This document shows positions 13,196 to 27,169 of a stretch of DNA of 64,000 nt, one piece after another (the first letter of the stretch is position 1; every line of letters starts with the position of its first letter). The translations under genes were made by a program, and so were the position numbers. A model generated the notes under the pieces. The model searched no databases. It had not been told where the DNA came from and was given only the letters and a program-made list of their open reading frames with translations. This DNA is from Octopus sinensis (Eukaryota), in the NCBI RefSeq assembly GCF_006345805.1, contig NC_042998.1, forward strand, positions 148,242,001 through 148,306,000, in the 5' to 3' direction.

Positions 13196-14107
13196 TATGT
13201 TTTTGTCGTTGTTGTTGTCATTTTTATTATTCCTTCGGCATTCGATGCATTTATCATCCCCAGCCTAACTCTGTTACTCCATTGTAAGCACAGGAAAGGT
13301 TTTGGACCCAGTACTTTACACCTCCTGAAACCGAGAGACACAAGAACAAACATACTACAATATTTAATTCGGAATCTCCCAAGAGGCCACTCTCAAGACA
13401 ACTGTCTTTTATGCCTCCGGGGGGTCGTCAGAAGATATACCATTAGTGTAAAGAAATCAATAAAACACCAGTGGTAGTGGCGGTAGTAGTGGGACTAGTA
13501 ATGGCGGTGGTGGTAGTACAAGTTATAGCAGTGGTGTTGATGGTATTGTGCGGTGGTAATAGTGTTGGATGTTATTTGTGGAAGTAGTAGTAATGGTGAT
13601 GCCGGTGGTATTGGTGGTATTAGCGGTGGTAATAGTGGTGGTAGTGATGGTGGTGGTGATAGCAGTGATTGAGGTGTTGGTGGTGCGGGTTGCGTTAGCG
13701 GTAATTGTGGTAATGTTAGTAGTAGTAATAGTGATGGTGGTGGTGGAGGTGGTGGGGTGGGGATGGTGTACTGCTCCTTCTTTAAGTTGGTGTATCTATA
13801 ATTTATTCCAGTGCAAGAATTTATGAGTTTGGTCACTTGTCGAACAGTAAACTGATCTAATAAATCCTGGAGGAACGGGGCAACACCGAAACAAAACCCG
13901 TACCCACACCAACCTCACCTCACTCACTCACTCGCTCACTATTCCGCCAGTCTCCTTCTTTAGTCATTAATCTTTCACTGTGTCTCTACCCAGTCTGCTT
14001 TATTCAGTTACATCTCTCTCCTTCCTCTTTTTAAACACATACACATATACATACATACATACATACATACATACATACATACATACATACATACATACAT
14101 ACATACA

Positions 14108-14138
<31 letters not shown>

Positions 14139-14242
14139 GCATAGACACACATATATGTATGTATAAACGGAACATTAAAGGTATCAGTCTCACTAGACTC
14201 GGAACTCCTGCAAGGGTCAGGGGCCATGCCCCTTCTCTAGAC

Positions 14243-14281
<39 letters not shown>

Positions 14282-14282
14282 T

Positions 14283-14331
<49 letters not shown>

Positions 14332-14530
14332 ACGCATATATATTTATATATGTATAAATATGTATTATGTATGTATATATGTGTGTATATATATATGTAG
14401 AGAGAGAGAGTGAGAGGGGAAGAGAGAGAGGAAGGGGAAAAGAGAGTCTCATAAACTTATATAATCAGACACACATACACAGATGCACACATTCACCTCA
14501 TATAAATCGGAAAAACATATTCAGACGCTG

Positions 14531-14567
<37 letters not shown>

Positions 14568-14693
14568 CACACACACAGACACACACACACAGAGGCATTA
14601 TGTGCATGTATCCTTGACTCTTTCTTCCTTTCTTTCTCCCTCACTACCTCTCTTACTCTGTTTCTGCTTGTCTCTGACTCTCACCTCTCTCTG

Positions 14694-14724
<31 letters not shown>

Positions 14725-14859
14725 GACATTCTCCTTTCCTTTTATTTCTTTTGTCTCACTATTCTCTATGTTTATTGCTTGATATTATAGTTCCAACGGA
14801 GATAAATATACGCCATTACTGAGCGCGCGCCTGCGCATCATGTAAAGTGTTTGTGTGAA

Positions 14860-14899
<40 letters not shown>

Positions 14900-15118
14900 T
14901 GTTTCAGCATTCAGTCGTTTTCTTATTTTTCATCGTTCCTTCCGCTTTTTGATTCTCATTCTTCTCCTTTCCTCTTCTTCCCTCTCCCCTGTGTCTTCGC
15001 TCACTCCGTCTTTATCTCCACCTCCTTCTCCATCTTCTCTCTCTTCATTTTCTTCTGGTTCATTATTTGTTTCACTTCATGTAGAAATGTCTGAACATTC
15101 GTGGAAGAAATATTATGC

Positions 15119-15170
<52 letters not shown>

Positions 15171-15219
15171 TTCAATAATACTAATACTTCTATAACAACC
15201 ACAAAGGTTGACTCAAGGA

Positions 15220-15625
15220 TGGAGCACAGTGCAAGACGATATAGCGTTGGATTACATCAAACAAAAGAAATAACAAAAATGTAAAAAATCAATAAATTCA
15301 AATAAAGATGTATTTCCCCAAAAGGTGGGGGAGACTTTCGAGTGCTATGCGTGGTAACACCCCAAAACCACAGTCACCCTGACCACGAAGACAAGTGCTC
15401 TCTCAAAATCGTCCTTCTCCATTCTACAGGGGTAGGTTCAGAGAAGGCTCCAGTCACTCGAATCATGCCTGCCACTTTCACCCACCTCTAAACAAATATA
15501 GTGGGATGCAGCACTTCCCTCTCCACTCTCGTTTTCCTTTTTAAGTGAAACTTGTAAATGTTGCTAGGAAGGGTAGGCAGTTTTCATTTCTCTGGTGGCC
15601 TTGGCGAAAAAGTTTGTGTTAGACA
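15220..15625 (-). mobile_element. L1/Tx1-like ORF2 C-terminus and 3' UTR
   Basis: Minus strand reads KFHLKRKTRVEREVLHPTIFV*RWVKVAGM, homologous to 17160-17420. Confidence 0.6.
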
Positions 15626-15654
15626 AGAATGAAAGAGCATAGTTAAGACTTCTT

Positions 15655-16045
15655 CATCCTTGATCAAGCCAGCATCAAAAACAACAACAATAATACAGAC
15701 AGAAGAGTTTATCATAACAGCCCAAGATCAATGCCTACCCATACGAAGCTACCAGGCCAACGTCTTGAAGAACGGCAGTAGCCTAACGTGTGTATGTAAA
15801 CAACAAAATGAAACCATCGATCATATTGTTTCCACGTACAGCCATCTTGCGCCCGTAGAGTATCTCGACAGGCATGATAGAGCAGCACAGTGTATTCAAT
15901 GGGTAATTTGCAAAGACTTGGACTCGCCTCATGATAAAAACTGGTGGGAACACAAACCACCTCCTGTGCTTGAAAATGATCACATCTCACTGCTTTGAAA
16001 CTTTACTGTTCAAAATGACAGAAAGATAGATGCAACCAGGCCAGA

Positions 16046-16112
<67 letters not shown>

Positions 16113-16690
16113 GAGTGAGAGAGCAGTGCATGCCATCAAAGTGATACTGGGGTAAAATATACGAAGCCCAGCATACCCATCATGACTACCCGTCTGATAA
16201 GGGTACACCAGGCACATGCATCACAACCATATGTGCGCGACATGATGATCTCATATCAAGATAAACAGCACATGACCTTGCATGTGGGGCCCAGTTAGAA
16301 TTTTCTTCAGGTAGAGTAGCCCATCCTGCTCAAAAGGTCCCTGAATAAGGGTTGCTTTAGGATGTTGAACGAAACACCTATGCATTGAATGATTCAGAAA
16401 AAAAAATCATGCCTCCTCATCGATATGGCTGTCCTAATCGGCATAAATGTGTCAAGATCTACCAAAAGTTGAGCAAGTATAAAGATTTTAAAATACAAAT
16501 TGGCAAAATGTGGAGCCTCAAGACTAAAACAATAGCTGTTGTCCTAGGTGCCCTAGAAATGATAGCAAAAGGGGCTGATTTCTATCTATATCAGATACCA
16601 GGAAATCCAAAGCTGGAAGAAATTCAAAAGAGAGTGCACATAGGAAATGCTCATATCTTACGATAAATACTGTCTATGTAATCCTCAAAA
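15655..16690 (+). mobile_element. R4/Dong-type 3' part (CCHC + RLE), interrupted by an insertion at ~16050-16382
   Basis: EEFIITAQDQCLP...ETIDHIVS...EYLDRHD..WWEHKPPPVLEN..RPDI [insert] ..CLLIDMAV..KLSKYKD..KMWSLKTKTIAVVLGALEMI. Confidence 0.88.
16110..16382 (-). mobile_element. 5'-truncated copy of the ~550-bp TAA-associated element
   Basis: About 3 substitutions versus 12437-12708; preceded by long (TTA)n. Confidence 0.85.
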
Positions 16691-16994
16691 CATTTAAATC
16701 TGTAAACGTTGTCAAAAGTCATTTTAAACGTACATAGTAGCAAACACCTTTTACTGTCATCTTATAATCAAATTACTTTTTAAACAAACTTCCAATTTTC
16801 TTGTTTTGACAGACATTCCCTAGAACAATACTCTGTGCAAATCAAAATAAAAAATATGGTACCTAGTCATAAATCAAAAAATCAAAAATCAAAAATATGG
16901 TACCTAGTCATAATACCAACTTGAACCTCAAACTTGTCTCGAAATCTTTGGGTGAGATTTGGAGCCAACTTGTACAAATACAAAGCAAAAGCCA

Positions 16995-17740
16995 AACATA
17001 TAATAATAATAATTTCTTTTATTTGCTACAGGGACATCGATAAGGGGGACATCCCAAGAACAGTCAACAATTTGTGTTGGGATTTATATAAAAAAGAAAT
17101 GGAAAGGACAGTGAAATGCGATAAAAGTATATATAGTATACGAAGTAGGTGATAACATGAATGATGCAGTCCTCCTGAAATGGGAGAAACTTCAACTAGG
17201 GCCGATCAAGAAATCTCACAGGTCTAGGATTACCATAACCATCAAAGGCACTCTCTCCTGCTCTGCAGCCTACCGGCGCATGCTTAGAGTAGGGCCATTC
17301 ACTCTAGCCCTTTTTGTCGTAGAAACCCATCTTTTCACGAATTCACTAGGAGTAGCACTACTCTTTCTACCCTCATTTTCCTTTCCAAGTGAAACTTAGG
17401 TAAGTCGACAAGGAAGGTGTCTTTCCGCAATTATTTTAGCCTCGTCCACCACACTACATCTTTCGTCATATCCACTAAACAGAGGAACTCCTGCTCAACC
17501 TTGTTAAAGGTGGGTGATGGAACGACGGATTCGGCCGATAGTCGGATTAATCCCCTACACGATAACAGCTGTTTGACATAAGTCCATCAGTCACCCGTAC
17601 TCGGACACTGCACCTGTACATGTAGAACTGTTTCGTTGCTATGCGCACATCTTGGATAGACTCACCACATAGGGTGTAGAGTATCTTTAGCTTTGGCGAG
17701 CAGTCATTCAGAGATGGTGTCTCGATAAAAACACTGTCCA
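16995..17740 (-). mobile_element. L1/Tx1-like ORF2 3' end (zf-RVT) with 3' UTR and AATAAA
   Basis: YPRCAHSNETVLHVQVQCP (decayed CCHC), VVWWTRLK, KFHLERKMRVER..FVKRWV; gcaaataaaag before (AAT)n. Confidence 0.7.
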
Positions 17741-18149
17741 CAATTGTACCTGTTAGAACTGGTTTTAATATGGTTTTGGAATGTCAACATTATTATTGAG
17801 ACTACTTCTGGAAATATTAAATAATTCAGCTGCTTTAGTAACCGAAGTTCCAGGCATCTGCGCTCCAAAATCTGTTCTCTTTGGAAGTCAGATAGGTCAC
17901 ATATTTTAAATTGTTGGAATATAAAAAACAGTGAAAATGAAAATAGAGGGCTATATCATGAAGTACAAGGCATATACATTGCACACACACACACACACAC
18001 AAGCAAGAACAGTTATGTATTTGTCATATTGTCAATAGAAAATAATAATTAACTAAAAGTGCTGTTTCCATTATTTTGTCCTATCCCTGTACATTATACA
18101 TGCAAACATACATACATACATACATACATACATACATACATACATGCAT

Positions 18150-19983
18150 CAGCTTGTTTTTTGTTATTTTTGAGCTTTCTGATAACAGCAAGGACCTCTT
18201 CAAGCGTAGGGGGAGCTGTTTGGCAGTTATACAAGGCTGGGGTCGCGTCGATCGCAGGAGAAGATAAGGGAGGCTGGTGGTCATGGTTCAGCAGATTGGT
18301 GAAATGGTTTCTCCAGCGGATGATGCGTTCAGTGAGATTGGTGATGTGATCGCCATTCTGGTCCAAAATAGTTTCGTTACCACTCCAGCATGTCTTTCTG
18401 CTCGATCGAAGGAGGCTGCAGAGCTTACGTGAGTCCCCAGTAGATGCGGCACATTCCATGTCTTCAGCCACCGTCCTCCAGAATTTATTTCGATCAGCGC
18501 GGGCAGAACGGGCAGCTTCACGGCGCAGTTGTCTGAAGGTATCGGATTGGTTGCATCGAGCTTGTTTCGCTTTTTCAGCAACTTCGATTCTTTGGCCCGA
18601 GATCCAATCTTTGTCTTTTCGCTTAGTAGTGCCGAGTGTTGTGGACATCACGGATTGAAGATTGTGTTTGACCGTTTGCCAGACTTCATCTGAGTAAGCA
18701 GATTGAGGGACTTCGAGCCCGTTAAACCGATTTGTTAATTCAATACGGAATAAATGTTCGGTCTGGTTACTTTTTAGCTTCGAGATATCGTATCTTAAAG
18801 GCTTAGGGCAAGACTTGACGGCCTTGAGATGAAGACGTAGTTTTGCCCGTCCTAATATATGATCGGAACCATGTACGCTGCCGGTTTCTGCGCCTCTGAA
18901 CACTCGACAATCAAGGACGCTCGAAGAGGTCCTTGCTGTTATCAGAAAGTTCAAAAATAACAAAGCTGCCGGCGAAGATAACATTCCTGCTGAGATCCTC
19001 AAGCATAGTGCAAATATACTGGGGCTCACGATTCATCAAGTTATCACCCGGGTTTGGGATACGGAAAACCTCCCCCAAGACTGGAGCGACGCAGCGCTGG
19101 TACCTTTCTTTAAGAAAGGCGATAAACGCTGCTGCAGCAACTACCGTGGCATCAGTCTGATTGACGTTTCTGCCAAAATATTTGCATCTATTCTTCTGAG
19201 ACGATTCCAATCAGAACGTGACTCTAGAACAAGACCAAACCAGTGTGGTTTCCGTCGAAATCGAGGTTGCACCGATCAAATCTTCACCCTAACACGAATC
19301 CTCGAACACCGTTAGTGCTTTTAGCAAAAGACAGTCATCTGCTTTGTTGATTTTGCGGCTGCATTCGAGGCTGACATTAAAACACGAATCGACCTCGCTC
19401 GCCAAGCCTTCAACCGACTCAGTGCACGACTCTGGTCAAGATCTGAGATCCGACGCACCACTAGAGTACGGATCTACCAAGCACTAGTGCGAACGATTCT
19501 CCTTTACGGCAGCGAGTCATGGCCAATGTGGGTGGAAGATATTAAGCGACTAGAATCCTTCGATCACCTCTGTCTACGCCGCATCCTTCGTGTCCGATGA
19601 CATCACTTTGTCTCCAACAATTCGGTGTGACACCAGTGCAAAATCACCACCCTCCGACAAGTCATCCTAACGAGACGTCTGCGTTGGCTGGGTCATGCCC
19701 TCCGTCGTCAACCAGGAGAATTCATCTACGAAGCAATTGCCCCAGCTCCCCTTCAGGGTTGGCGAAAGCGATGTGGTGGACAACGAAAAACCTGGCTGAT
19801 GACAGTCAAGGCTGATCTGGAACCCACCCTAGGCCCCCATATCTACGGCGTTCGCCGCTGGAATAAGGAATGGTTGGAGACCACGCGGTCGTTAGCCTCA
19901 AATCGCCAGGCCTGGTCGGCGTTTGTGAGAGATGCAGTATTGAGGATGAATGAAGCCAGCTCAACCCACCCCGGGTGAATGCT

Positions 19984-20030
<47 letters not shown>
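18150..20030 (+). mobile_element. RTE-clade LINE with inverted 5' segment (18150-18918, minus), forward 3' segment (18917-19985), internal RT deletion and (GAA)n tail
   Basis: Minus: VLDCRVFRG..SDHILGRAKLRL..DWIS..TLEEVLAVIRKLKNNK; plus: TLEEVLAVIRKFKNNKAAGEDNIP..NYRGISL..QCGFR..FVDFAAAF/EADIKTRI..LLYGSESW; (GAA)n 19986-20030. Confidence 0.92.
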
Positions 20031-20032
<2 letters not shown>

Positions 20033-21149
20033 TTTACATGCATGCATGTATGCTTGCACACACACACACACACATACACACGCGCGCACGCACACACGCG
20101 CGCACACACACACGCGCGCACACACACACGGTACCATAAGACACTGAAGTGTTTCGACCTGATTATGTCTTTTCCGTCAAGGCTACCCCCTGATTACTGA
20201 GCTTAAACATGAGTGAAGGATTGCCCTCATATGGATGAATCGAGTGTTTTGTGAACGCAAAACGCCTGAGAAGAGTAGTTGCTCTCCGCCGACGAAATAC
20301 AACAGCGATTAGCTTATTCATGTTTGAATCCGCCGGAAACGTAAGGCAGATAAAGCAGCAGAAAGATAAGCATAAAGAAAGAAGGAAGTCGCACGCCAAG
20401 GAAGACAGAGAGCATATCATTCAGCCTTGACAAAAAGATTTTAAAAAAAATTTAGACGAAACCAAGGCTGGAAAAAGATCGACAGACCAGTCGAACGTTC
20501 AGTTAAAAAAATGGGAAGCTTTAGAAACAGGAAAAGAAGAAAAGGGAGCAAGTTGATTGAGAGAAAGACAGAGAGTGAAAGAAGGGAAGAGCTGTTGTAG
20601 AGTCAAACCAACGAAGGTTATTCTACATAGACAAAAGAAGGTGTATCGAGTATCATAAAACAAATTATTGGTTTTTTAAAATCCTCCTCACTTCTTGAGG
20701 ATGTGTGTCAATAACCAAATGGCATTTGAGAACAGCTCCACTTGAGAAGGGGATATGACATCTATAATTCAAGTTGACATGCCTTCAAGAAAACGGGCAG
20801 ATTAATTGTCTGGAGATAAGATAGTCGTAGACGTGTTTCTGGCTCAATAGATGCCATGCGTACGACAGTTGCTTAACCTTATCTCAAGTAGCCAAAAAGC
20901 ATAGACATTTGCAAAAATATTCTATATGGTTACTCTAATTGTAAATAGCATCTAGAACCCCTCCTCTCATAGCATCTTAAGCGAAGAATGATATATTAAA
21001 CCCTAAAATCATAGATATTGCAAACAGATGGGATTGTCACGGTTGTAAAGCTAAAGATCAAATGCCTGCTCAATAAAAACTGACCTGATACTAAACAACA
21101 TCTAAATTAACCAAATCCAAAACACAAACATCAAACATCGCTGCTTCCT

Positions 21150-22100
21150 TTTGTTTCGCCTTTTCCCGCCAAACCTTTCTCCCACCACCTCTACCACCAT
21201 ATTCTGCCTCTCACCCTACTCATCTCAAGTCTTTTACTACATTCAGTTCTCCTTGAAATTTATACCACATCGTCAACCGGTAATAATCCGGTGCTTCCAC
21301 ACTTACATCATAACAACAACCACAATAACAAACGCCAAACAATTCATTGCTAATATTAACCAACCAACCAACCAGCCAGCCAGCCGACTAACCAACCACC
21401 CGACCAACCAGTCACCCAACCAACCGACTAACCGACCACCCGACCAACCAGCCAGTCGACCGACCGACCGACCAACCGACCGACCAATTTGCTATACCAG
21501 CCAACTAACCAGCCAGCCTTCCAGCAAGCCAGCTAACCAGCCAATATTTCTTATCTTCTTTCTCGTCCCTCCCACCCCCATTCAAAGTCCTCGACAATCT
21601 TTTCAGCCGAAAGTTGCGACTTTCTTTCCTTCTACTAACCAAGACTACTCCCCCCCCCACCATCGCCATCATTATCACCACTACAATGATAAATCATCAC
21701 TACCACCATCACCACTATCAACACTACTACCACCGTTACGAGAAACCATCACCATCGCTACCGACACTACAACGACGAACCACCACCACCACTACAATCA
21801 CCATTACTACAAACCATCACCATCACCACCACAACCAACACCACAACAACGACGAACCATCACACCACCACCATCACCATTAGGATGAAGGACCTCCTTC
21901 ACCATGACCACCATCGCCACCAACCCCACCACCACTAGGGTGAAGCACCTCCTCCACCATCACTACCAACGCCGCCGCCGACACCACCAGCACCACTACC
22001 GACGACGCCGCCACCACCACCACCACCACCACCACGACGCCCTTCCTCTCCCCTCAGCTTCTTGCATCACGACACCAACGTCTTCCGCCGTCACCCAGCA
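21150..22100. repeat. Degenerate (CCAA/CCGA/CCAG)n and (CAC/CAT)n low-complexity tract
   Basis: Directly visible; the 245-aa ORF is a read-through. Confidence 0.85.
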
Positions 22101-22709
22101 GTCGTTAGGCCTTGCCTCTACCTAGTGATGCATTGAAGAGCAGCGATGCACAAAACCATATAATTAACTGAGAACAACAGAAAGTTCCACAGAAAGAGGA
22201 CAGACCATTTCCGGAGTTATAAAACACGACGTGATTATTGAACGAGCCTCGTCGGTCGGCTGGCCACAAAGGTGTCTCACACACACACACACATACACAC
22301 ACACACACATGTCTACAATGCGTAGAATACAGTGACGCGCCAATTCTAGCAACAAGTCGCCAGAAATATTTTATTACAACCTAAATACTGTTGTGTGTGA
22401 CTATCTTTGCGTGCATGTGCACATGCTTACCCTCTCACACATCTATTGCACACGAACGCAGACACAAACACACACATTCACTCGCATAGATAAGCAGATA
22501 TATATGCATATGTATACTTATATATATATGCATATATATATGCATATACACATGCACATATACATCTATATGTATATATATATGTTTATGAATGTATATA
22601 TTTGCACATATATTATATGCATATATATGCATATACGTATACATATATATGTGTATATATCATACATACACACACATGTAAGCATATACATATATACATA
22701 TGTTTATAC

Positions 22710-22802
<93 letters not shown>

Positions 22803-22974
22803 CATATATATATATATGTGTGTGTGTATACATACATATATTCTACACAAACATTAGTATAATTGTGTATTTTGTGGTAACAAAAACAATAACCCTTAAT
22901 CCTCAGAGCAACTTGCTGTTGAAAATGTGTAGAATCATATATAAGTAAATTTGCGTAAGATAAATAGGGATTAC

Positions 22975-23670
22975 ATCTCAGAACTCCGATTTCATTTGGT
23001 CGGTTGACCATACGCATCGGAAAGGAAGACCATACGCAAAGGAAGAATTTCATTATGTTTTGGCAAGAGGAATTTAGCTCCTTTCCTCTAATAAAATAAA
23101 CATTTTCATATTGGTATTTGGCAGCTGATGTGGAGTCACTCTGGGAAGTAGAGGCTACATGACAGTTCCTTATCTAACACCGCACACGGGATACTCCTGG
23201 TCTCTTATCTGACTCACGATTCCCAAATGTACTTTGAAATTGTTGAATTTTCTTGATGGTGTTGATGAAAGAACTGTTGTGTTGGCAAAGATGGCTATTA
23301 ATGAGTTCTTTGCAAAGCTAATGCTGTTGTTGGTTAACTATAGGTCAACTCTGATTGATCAGACCTATGATCAAAAATATTCCACTTTCAACCAATCCGG
23401 CCAACTTTCGACCAACTGATATTATTCAGTTAATAGTGCATCAAAGACAGCACAGTCCGGTATTTTTTCTACGGCAGGATTTTAATATCTATAATATATG
23501 GCAAAACGTGCTATTTCGTGACCCATTGATGTCTGAGGAGTTCTTTATTGAGAATGCTTTGTTAGTGGAGAATACAGATTCCTGGTTAATGAATTTGCAA
23601 GTATACTGGGAGACGGATGTAAAGTTTTCACTCTTTCCTTACACAAATACAGGCAAGAAAAGATGTTCTT
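22975..23670 (-). mobile_element. Decayed Penelope-like element: GIY-YIG domain followed by an HHR remnant
   Basis: Frameshifted minus-strand reading SCRRK..IGL..AN(H)NSSFIN..NSTISKYIWE..FIRGKEL; then CCGATGC..TGGTC-AACC-GACCA..GAAA at 23022-22980. Confidence 0.55.
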
Positions 23671-24817
23671 AACATTATGAGTGTTGAAAGTTTGTTGCAT
23701 TTATGAGTAGGAACACAACAAACTTTTAAACAACTATGATTTTACTAACAGGTTCTCTTGACGTATTATTATTTCAATGTTCATAGAGTCTTCCACCTAA
23801 GTTTGAAGTCGTCCTATATAAAATTCGATGAGATATGCACAGAATTCTTGCAAATTTATATGATATACTATAATTCTTGGTTTGAAATACATATGCTGAC
23901 TTATGGCAGGATATACAGATGATCATTCTGAAGTTTCAACACATTTTCCCACGATTTTAAACACTCAGATTAGTTTCTCGGAAAATTTTCTTTAATCTAT
24001 TTGCCATTCCCTTTTGGATACGGAATCTTTTATTATGCGAACAAACATTTTGTTATCGTTCCACATACGGGCTTCAGCTATCTTATATTTTCTGCAACTA
24101 CTCTCTTCAGAGTGCAGTGGTATACTTATATTAAAAAGTAGTGTATTTTGCCTTATCTATCCGTCCCACCACAACATAAGAATGTTTGCAATGTACATTA
24201 ATTCCAATACAGATAGCACCGACTTTCACCAATTTAAAAAGTGTATAGTTAAATTTGAATATGATTATTAAAATGCTTCTAAGACTGGCTCTGATAGTAG
24301 ACAAAATCATTGTTCTGACACTCATCATCTGAAACAGCCGGTGTCAGTTTAATCAGTCCAATGCAGCATTCACTGGGGGTGGGCATTTTTTTTTAAACCA
24401 GAGGTAACAGTGATAGATCTATCTTATCTAGGTCGAATAGTTATGTCTGGAGGAGTATTTCGTACTACAGGCTAGAGCTAAGAATCGATTCAGTGATTAA
24501 AAAACCCTGTTAATCTGGATTAAACAACTATGAAAATACTCTGTAGAACAATCTCGAAGTGAAGACGTCGCAGATAGAATATCCATGAAGGCTGAACCCA
24601 TACGAAATGATTTTGAAGACTGAATTAGTGTGCACAAAGAGGTTCCAGTGGATTAAAACTAATTCCGATTCTAAAATGTCTTCCAAAAATTCATGACATA
24701 ATAAAGTTAGTAACATTTAATCATATTGAAAAAATGTTTTAGGAGAGACTCTCTTTGAAATGCACCGGTTTTCGGTTTTCTCCGCTTTCAATCTTCGTTG
24801 ACTCTCTTGAATGATAA

Positions 24818-24901
<84 letters not shown>

Positions 24902-26454
24902 TCTCTCCCTCTCATACACACGCACAATCCCACACATATACAAAAAATATATATAGTCAGTGGGGAAAAGTCATTTTTGTCATTTAAGTGCGCAGAACTT
25001 ACATTCCTTGTGAGTGACATGTAACAGTATTTGATGCTAGTTTGGATCTTTTAAGAGACACTCTTGTCGCTTAAATGTTTCAAAGTGGTCAGGTAACCTC
25101 GAGAGTGAGATGCTAGTGATATTAGTACCATTATACCATAAAAATTAAACGGAATAACATTAAGTTGCTTGGATAAAATGTGTCCGCATACTGAATACAT
25201 CTCATTTCCCATTTTGATCACCACCAACTAAATCAGACTTCCATTCCACTAGTAGCAAGGTTAAAGATGCAGCATACATCTATCTGTAGATAGCAAAGAA
25301 AATCTTTTAATATTTGTAACGTGATCACCGCTGTTGAGTGTCAAACGTACATATTTGCTCTGATATATTTTTTACCTAGCATATGTAATACCATATTTTT
25401 TTTCAACATTGTCATATTTTGGAAGAATGATATTTCTCAATAAACAAATATATCTAAATACCAATTACTATTCATTTGGTTTTCCTTATTTTCATATCTG
25501 TACATTACAGTTTCTTATCTCGACATACGAAACAGTTTTTTCTCCAATTTGTTTCCTTTACAGAAGCTCCAAATTACATTTCAAAATATTTTTCTAACCT
25601 TTCTTTCTTTTCCAAGTAAGGTCAACATAAGATCAGATCTAACACTCCTTTTCATTTATTCCAGATATTTTATGTGAAATCCACCTTTACACGTATCTAG
25701 ATTCGCTACAAGCCACAGTTCATGATAATAGTTAACTACACAACTAGTATTTGATGTTGTTGTTATTGTTAGCGACGTGGCTGCTTTAGTATTTTACTGT
25801 CCGCCATATTTCAATCTGCATTTCTCAGCGGATTAAGAATGGCGAGTGTAGCTCTAATTTATACAAACATAAATTTTTGTCTTCGTCACAAGGTCGATTG
25901 TTGTCAGGGAGAAAATATAATCGATTGTATCGACATCATTTTACAGCTCTGTTTATTACTTAATTATGTTGGGTGGTAATAAGAAAAGCGAGGTCAACTG
26001 CAATGGCACCAAGAGGCAGTAAATTATTGAACTCGTTTCTGTTTTGCATCAGCCATTTACAAATCTTGGTCGTTATCGTCTGTTTATAGAAGTAGTAATG
26101 AGCTGAATGAAGCTAAAGTATGTGTTGGAGTTATTGAGGAATTTTAATACCTGAAGTGAATTTGGTAAAAAGATTAGAACCTTGGACATAAGGGTTTAAA
26201 ATATCTAGTTTCGTTCCTTCAGCAACTACGTTAAAATGCTATCGCGATCAACTTTTCTCTCAAGGAAATCGATGTAATGCTAATAATATATATTAGAATT
26301 AATTTATTTGATATTGTCTTTTCTTCCCTAAAAGTGAACAAGTCAATTTATGAGTGATTAACTCAATTACAAAGATTTAGCAGAATTCACAAGAGAAAAC
26401 TCTAACAAGCAACAGTAAATCCACAGGGTGCAGTAAAAGATACCCCACATTTTA

Positions 26455-26710
26455 CTGGTTGACAAAAGTTTCAACAACAACACACACACACACTCATGTA
26501 TGTATCTATGTGTTTGTGCTTTTCTTCGTCCCCACCTCAGCTTGACAATTGGGGTCGGTCCCCATAACTTAGTGGTTCGGCAAAAAGACTTCAATAGAAT
26601 AAGTACCAGGCTTAAAAAATGGTAATAGAATCGATTCGTTCGACTATAATCCTTCAAGGTGGTGTCTCAGCGTGGCCGCAGTCTAATACTGAAATAAATA
26701 AAAGATAAAA
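26455..26710 (+). mobile_element. tRNA-derived SINE family B, 3' half (diverged)
   Basis: ccccataacttagtggttcggcaaaa..atagaataagtaccaggctt..ggccgcagtc..aaataaaag, homologous to 42130-42305. Confidence 0.65.
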
Positions 26711-27112
26711 GATGTATGAATATATACACATACATTCATACCTTGGTGTATATATATATATAGATTAGAGAATGGTGTTCTCTAAATAGATTTCGACCTG
26801 TATATATATGCTTTCGGTGCGAATGGTTTTTTTTATACGGCGCCGTTTTTACAATCATGTAAATAATAATAATAATGGTATTTTTTTTTATATGAACTTA
26901 AAGCGATCACCTTGCAATGACTACGGAAAATAGTCTAAATAAAGGGGTATATAAACCCTTGACAGAAAATAGAAGGCTTTCCTATCCGCTCGGAGACGAA
27001 CCCACATCCCTGTGTTAACGCGACTAAGTGTATTTCCTTTGCACCAACGAATCAGGCTCTATTTTCCTGTCAAATTTAAGAACTATAATAGTTCATGGTA
27101 TACACATACACA

Positions 27113-27152
<40 letters not shown>

Positions 27153-27169
27153 TGCAGACACATACACAT

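Noticed and set aside
16850-16913. 23-bp direct repeat around an (AATCAAAA)-like spacer
   Set aside because: Most simply a local ~41-bp slippage duplication
18094-19029. 311-aa ORF as an intact gene
   Set aside because: Chimeric read across the RTE inversion junction and into a microsatellite
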